Position numbers and translations under genes: made by a program. Below, piece by piece: positions 61,601 to 64,000 of a stretch of DNA of 64,000 nucleotides (its first letter is position 1; each line of letters begins with the position of its first letter). The stretch lies in NCBI RefSeq assembly GCF_964204645.1, contig NC_134026.1, positions 7,215,950 to 7,279,949 on the forward strand, in the 5' to 3' direction. The notes beneath the pieces are model-generated. The model was not told the origin of the DNA, searched no databases, and saw only the letters and a list, made by a program, of their open reading frames with translations. This DNA comes from Tubulanus polymorphus (taxonomy: Eukaryota; Animalia; Nemertea).

Positions 61601-62727
61601 GGAAGGAAGGCAGTCTGTTGCAAGCAGCAACAGCAGCATCAGTCGTAGACGGCAATGATGTTGTGTGAAAGACGCGAGTCGTGAAGAGTGGAGTCTAATC
61701 TGAATGGCCGCCGATCATTAATCAGAATGCAATGTTAATGGCGGTTTGTGTTATGAATACAAATACGACTCTCTTTCCCCGGAGGTTGGAAATACCAGCC
61801 GTTTCACTATTAACATACATTAATTCCCATGTGAATATTCTACAAAAACCCGCGCGATATGACTCCAATATATCCACCGTCAGAATCGATGCCGACGACG
61901 CCGAGTGGACGCCGCCGCCGCCATGTTTTTCTCACGAGGTCAAGGTCGCTGCGCGTCATACCGGAAGAAGCGTCGGTAGGATCATGTGACTGAATTAGTT
62001 TCGAGCGCGTTAAGGCGCATGCATTCAGTCTTCCAGATGATTCTTGAAGAGAAAGACTCCCTTCTAGATCCGCCCCTGAACAGTAGAAATCACTATATAT
62101 AAAATCTTAAAACTTTTACAATATCACATGTATTCAATTTCAGTCTCGCAATGCTTTTGTATAATTCGTCATTGGCGATACAAAACGCGACATCTTGACA
62201 TTTTCCAAAAATAACATTACAATGAGTTATTTGCGAAACGTTTTTTCGGGAAACGTTACATCGCGAAAAAATTCCAAAATCCGAGGGACGTGTTCAAAAG
62301 TAACGTTCTTTCAAAACCTAAGCGCGTAATCTATGAGATAGCCGCTGTTCCCGTAATGACCACAAGGACAGATAAGATCACATGGCCGTGACTGACCTCA
62401 AGAGGTATAGGTATAGCTGTATCGGATGGACTCGACGATAAGAGCGCGGTGACCTTAACGAGAAGATTTAAACCCCTCTAACTGGAAAATCGCATGTTGA
62501 TGAATCTAAGATCGTATCTATGTATCTCTTCTAACTGATGTATATGCACATCTTCTGTCTCAGTAATTACAAGATTAGCTTCCTACATACATACATGTAT
62601 ATCAGCTATACTGCCTGTTCAATATGCTAATGCGGATAACTAGTTTTAGTTTATCCACGTATTCTGCGGACAACGGCAATTTTCATCTCCGCCGCAACAT
62701 GAATAAAACCGATTAGATATCATCAGC

Positions 62728-63245
62728 ACATGCTAAAAGCAAACCCTGCCCCGTTAGATGCTAAAATACAGCAAAACGTGCATGCTAAAATGCCTTTCAA
62801 CTTACGTGCTGAAATATCTCAGAAGTTACATGCTAAAACACCTCAAAACATGCATGCCAAAATGCCATATACGTGACATGCTAAAATGCTTTACAACTAA
62901 GTCCTATTACCTGCTAATGCATCGCAAGTTACGTGCTAAAATACCTCAAAAGTCTTACGTGCTGAAATCCTCACAATTATATGCTAAAATGCTAAATATA
63001 ACATACAAGTTCCGCTAAAATGCCTCGACAAGTTACATGCAAAATGCCACAGCATGCTAAAATGTATCACAAGGTTTATGCTAAAACATGCTAAAAGGAG
63101 GTAACAAGACATATGCTGAAATTGCTCACATTATCATCATCATGATCAGATTTATTTCAACGTCGCGCCTGACAAATCCTCACATAATTTCATGCAAAGT
63201 CCGCTGTACAACGTGCTAACATTTCTCAAATAGTAAAATGCTAAG
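62728..63245. repeat. ~30-bp ATGCTAAAA degenerate minisatellite
   Basis: (A/G)TGCT(A/G)AAA recurs at roughly 20-30 bp spacing more than 12 times. Confidence 0.8.
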
Positions 63246-64000
63246 TTGTACTTATCGTACTATTATCAAGTACTTTAAATTTATATCAAAACACCTATTA
63301 GATGCATTCCTATACTTTTTGGAACGTTTTAATTCATTCGGGCGAAAGCATGAATGGCAAATTCTGGTTTTCCTCAGTAGTGAAAGACGAGAATTATTGT
63401 ATCTGTCTGTCTTCGCCTGTGCTGTCCTGAATAACAGATGAGTTCTGGTTATCACAACGAATAGAATGACTGTTTCTCAGTTAACACGACATCCGAGAGG
63501 TTTCTTACACATCGAAACAGCAACATCATTCACTGAGATAAAACTATCAAATATTTAACTCGCAGTCAGCGAAACGAATCAAAGAGAACAAGCGGGATTT
63601 CACAGATTCGGACACCCACACGTACCGGGAATCTGAGGAGGATTTCTGTAAGGCGGGTGACCTTGCAATCTTTACCTTACAGACCAAATCATGTCGATAT
63701 ATATACATATACGAATGAGCGACGGCATGGTCTGTCTGTAATCTAGTTTTGGGGTCTGCCGTGTGTCGGAGATTTGCTGCTAATCAAAACATCGGTTCGT
63801 TAGGACGCGTACAGAATTAAACTATACATGATACCGAATCCTGGAAACTCCCTCTCCCTCCACCACCCCTCCTAGCCCTTTCCACCCTCTCCCGCTCCCT
63901 AAATCATTTTAAAACTGTTAAACTGGATCCCGAGTCAATAAACTTTGGGATTAGATGGGTGGTAATTAGAATAATTTAACAGTCGCACAAGGTTATTGTT

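Noticed and set aside
62758-63018. MLK-repeat ORF
   Set aside because: Translation of the ATGCTAAAA minisatellite.

Overview
Animal (invertebrate bilaterian, probably lophotrochozoan; inferred from gene content and the invertebrate-type miR-137 sequence) nuclear DNA with spliced genes, so the ORF track captures only fragments. I rebuilt exon chains by hand from GT/GC-AG sites and reading phase. The gene-rich left part (1-37.4 kb) holds: the probable 3' end of an unknown gene with a higher-order minisatellite starting at its stop codon; an ADP/ATP translocase with a ~250-bp-arm foldback in its intron; a 99-aa secreted 6-Cys peptide gene; splicing factor YJU2B/CCDC130; an orphan class A GPCR with deleted and pseudogenised duplicates; a 6-exon clan-2 cytochrome P450; a MAM-domain membrane protein gene with a 1-nt frameshift and a duplicated tail; and a ZGLP1 GATA-like finger gene with a GC-AG intron. 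The right part (38-64 kb) has no recognisable host protein gene. It contains pre-mir-137 (minus strand) next to three CTCF-like motifs, Penelope-type minimal hammerhead-like motifs on both sides of it, a truncated LINE, and many MITEs and minisatellites. All identifications come from motif recognition, not database searches.
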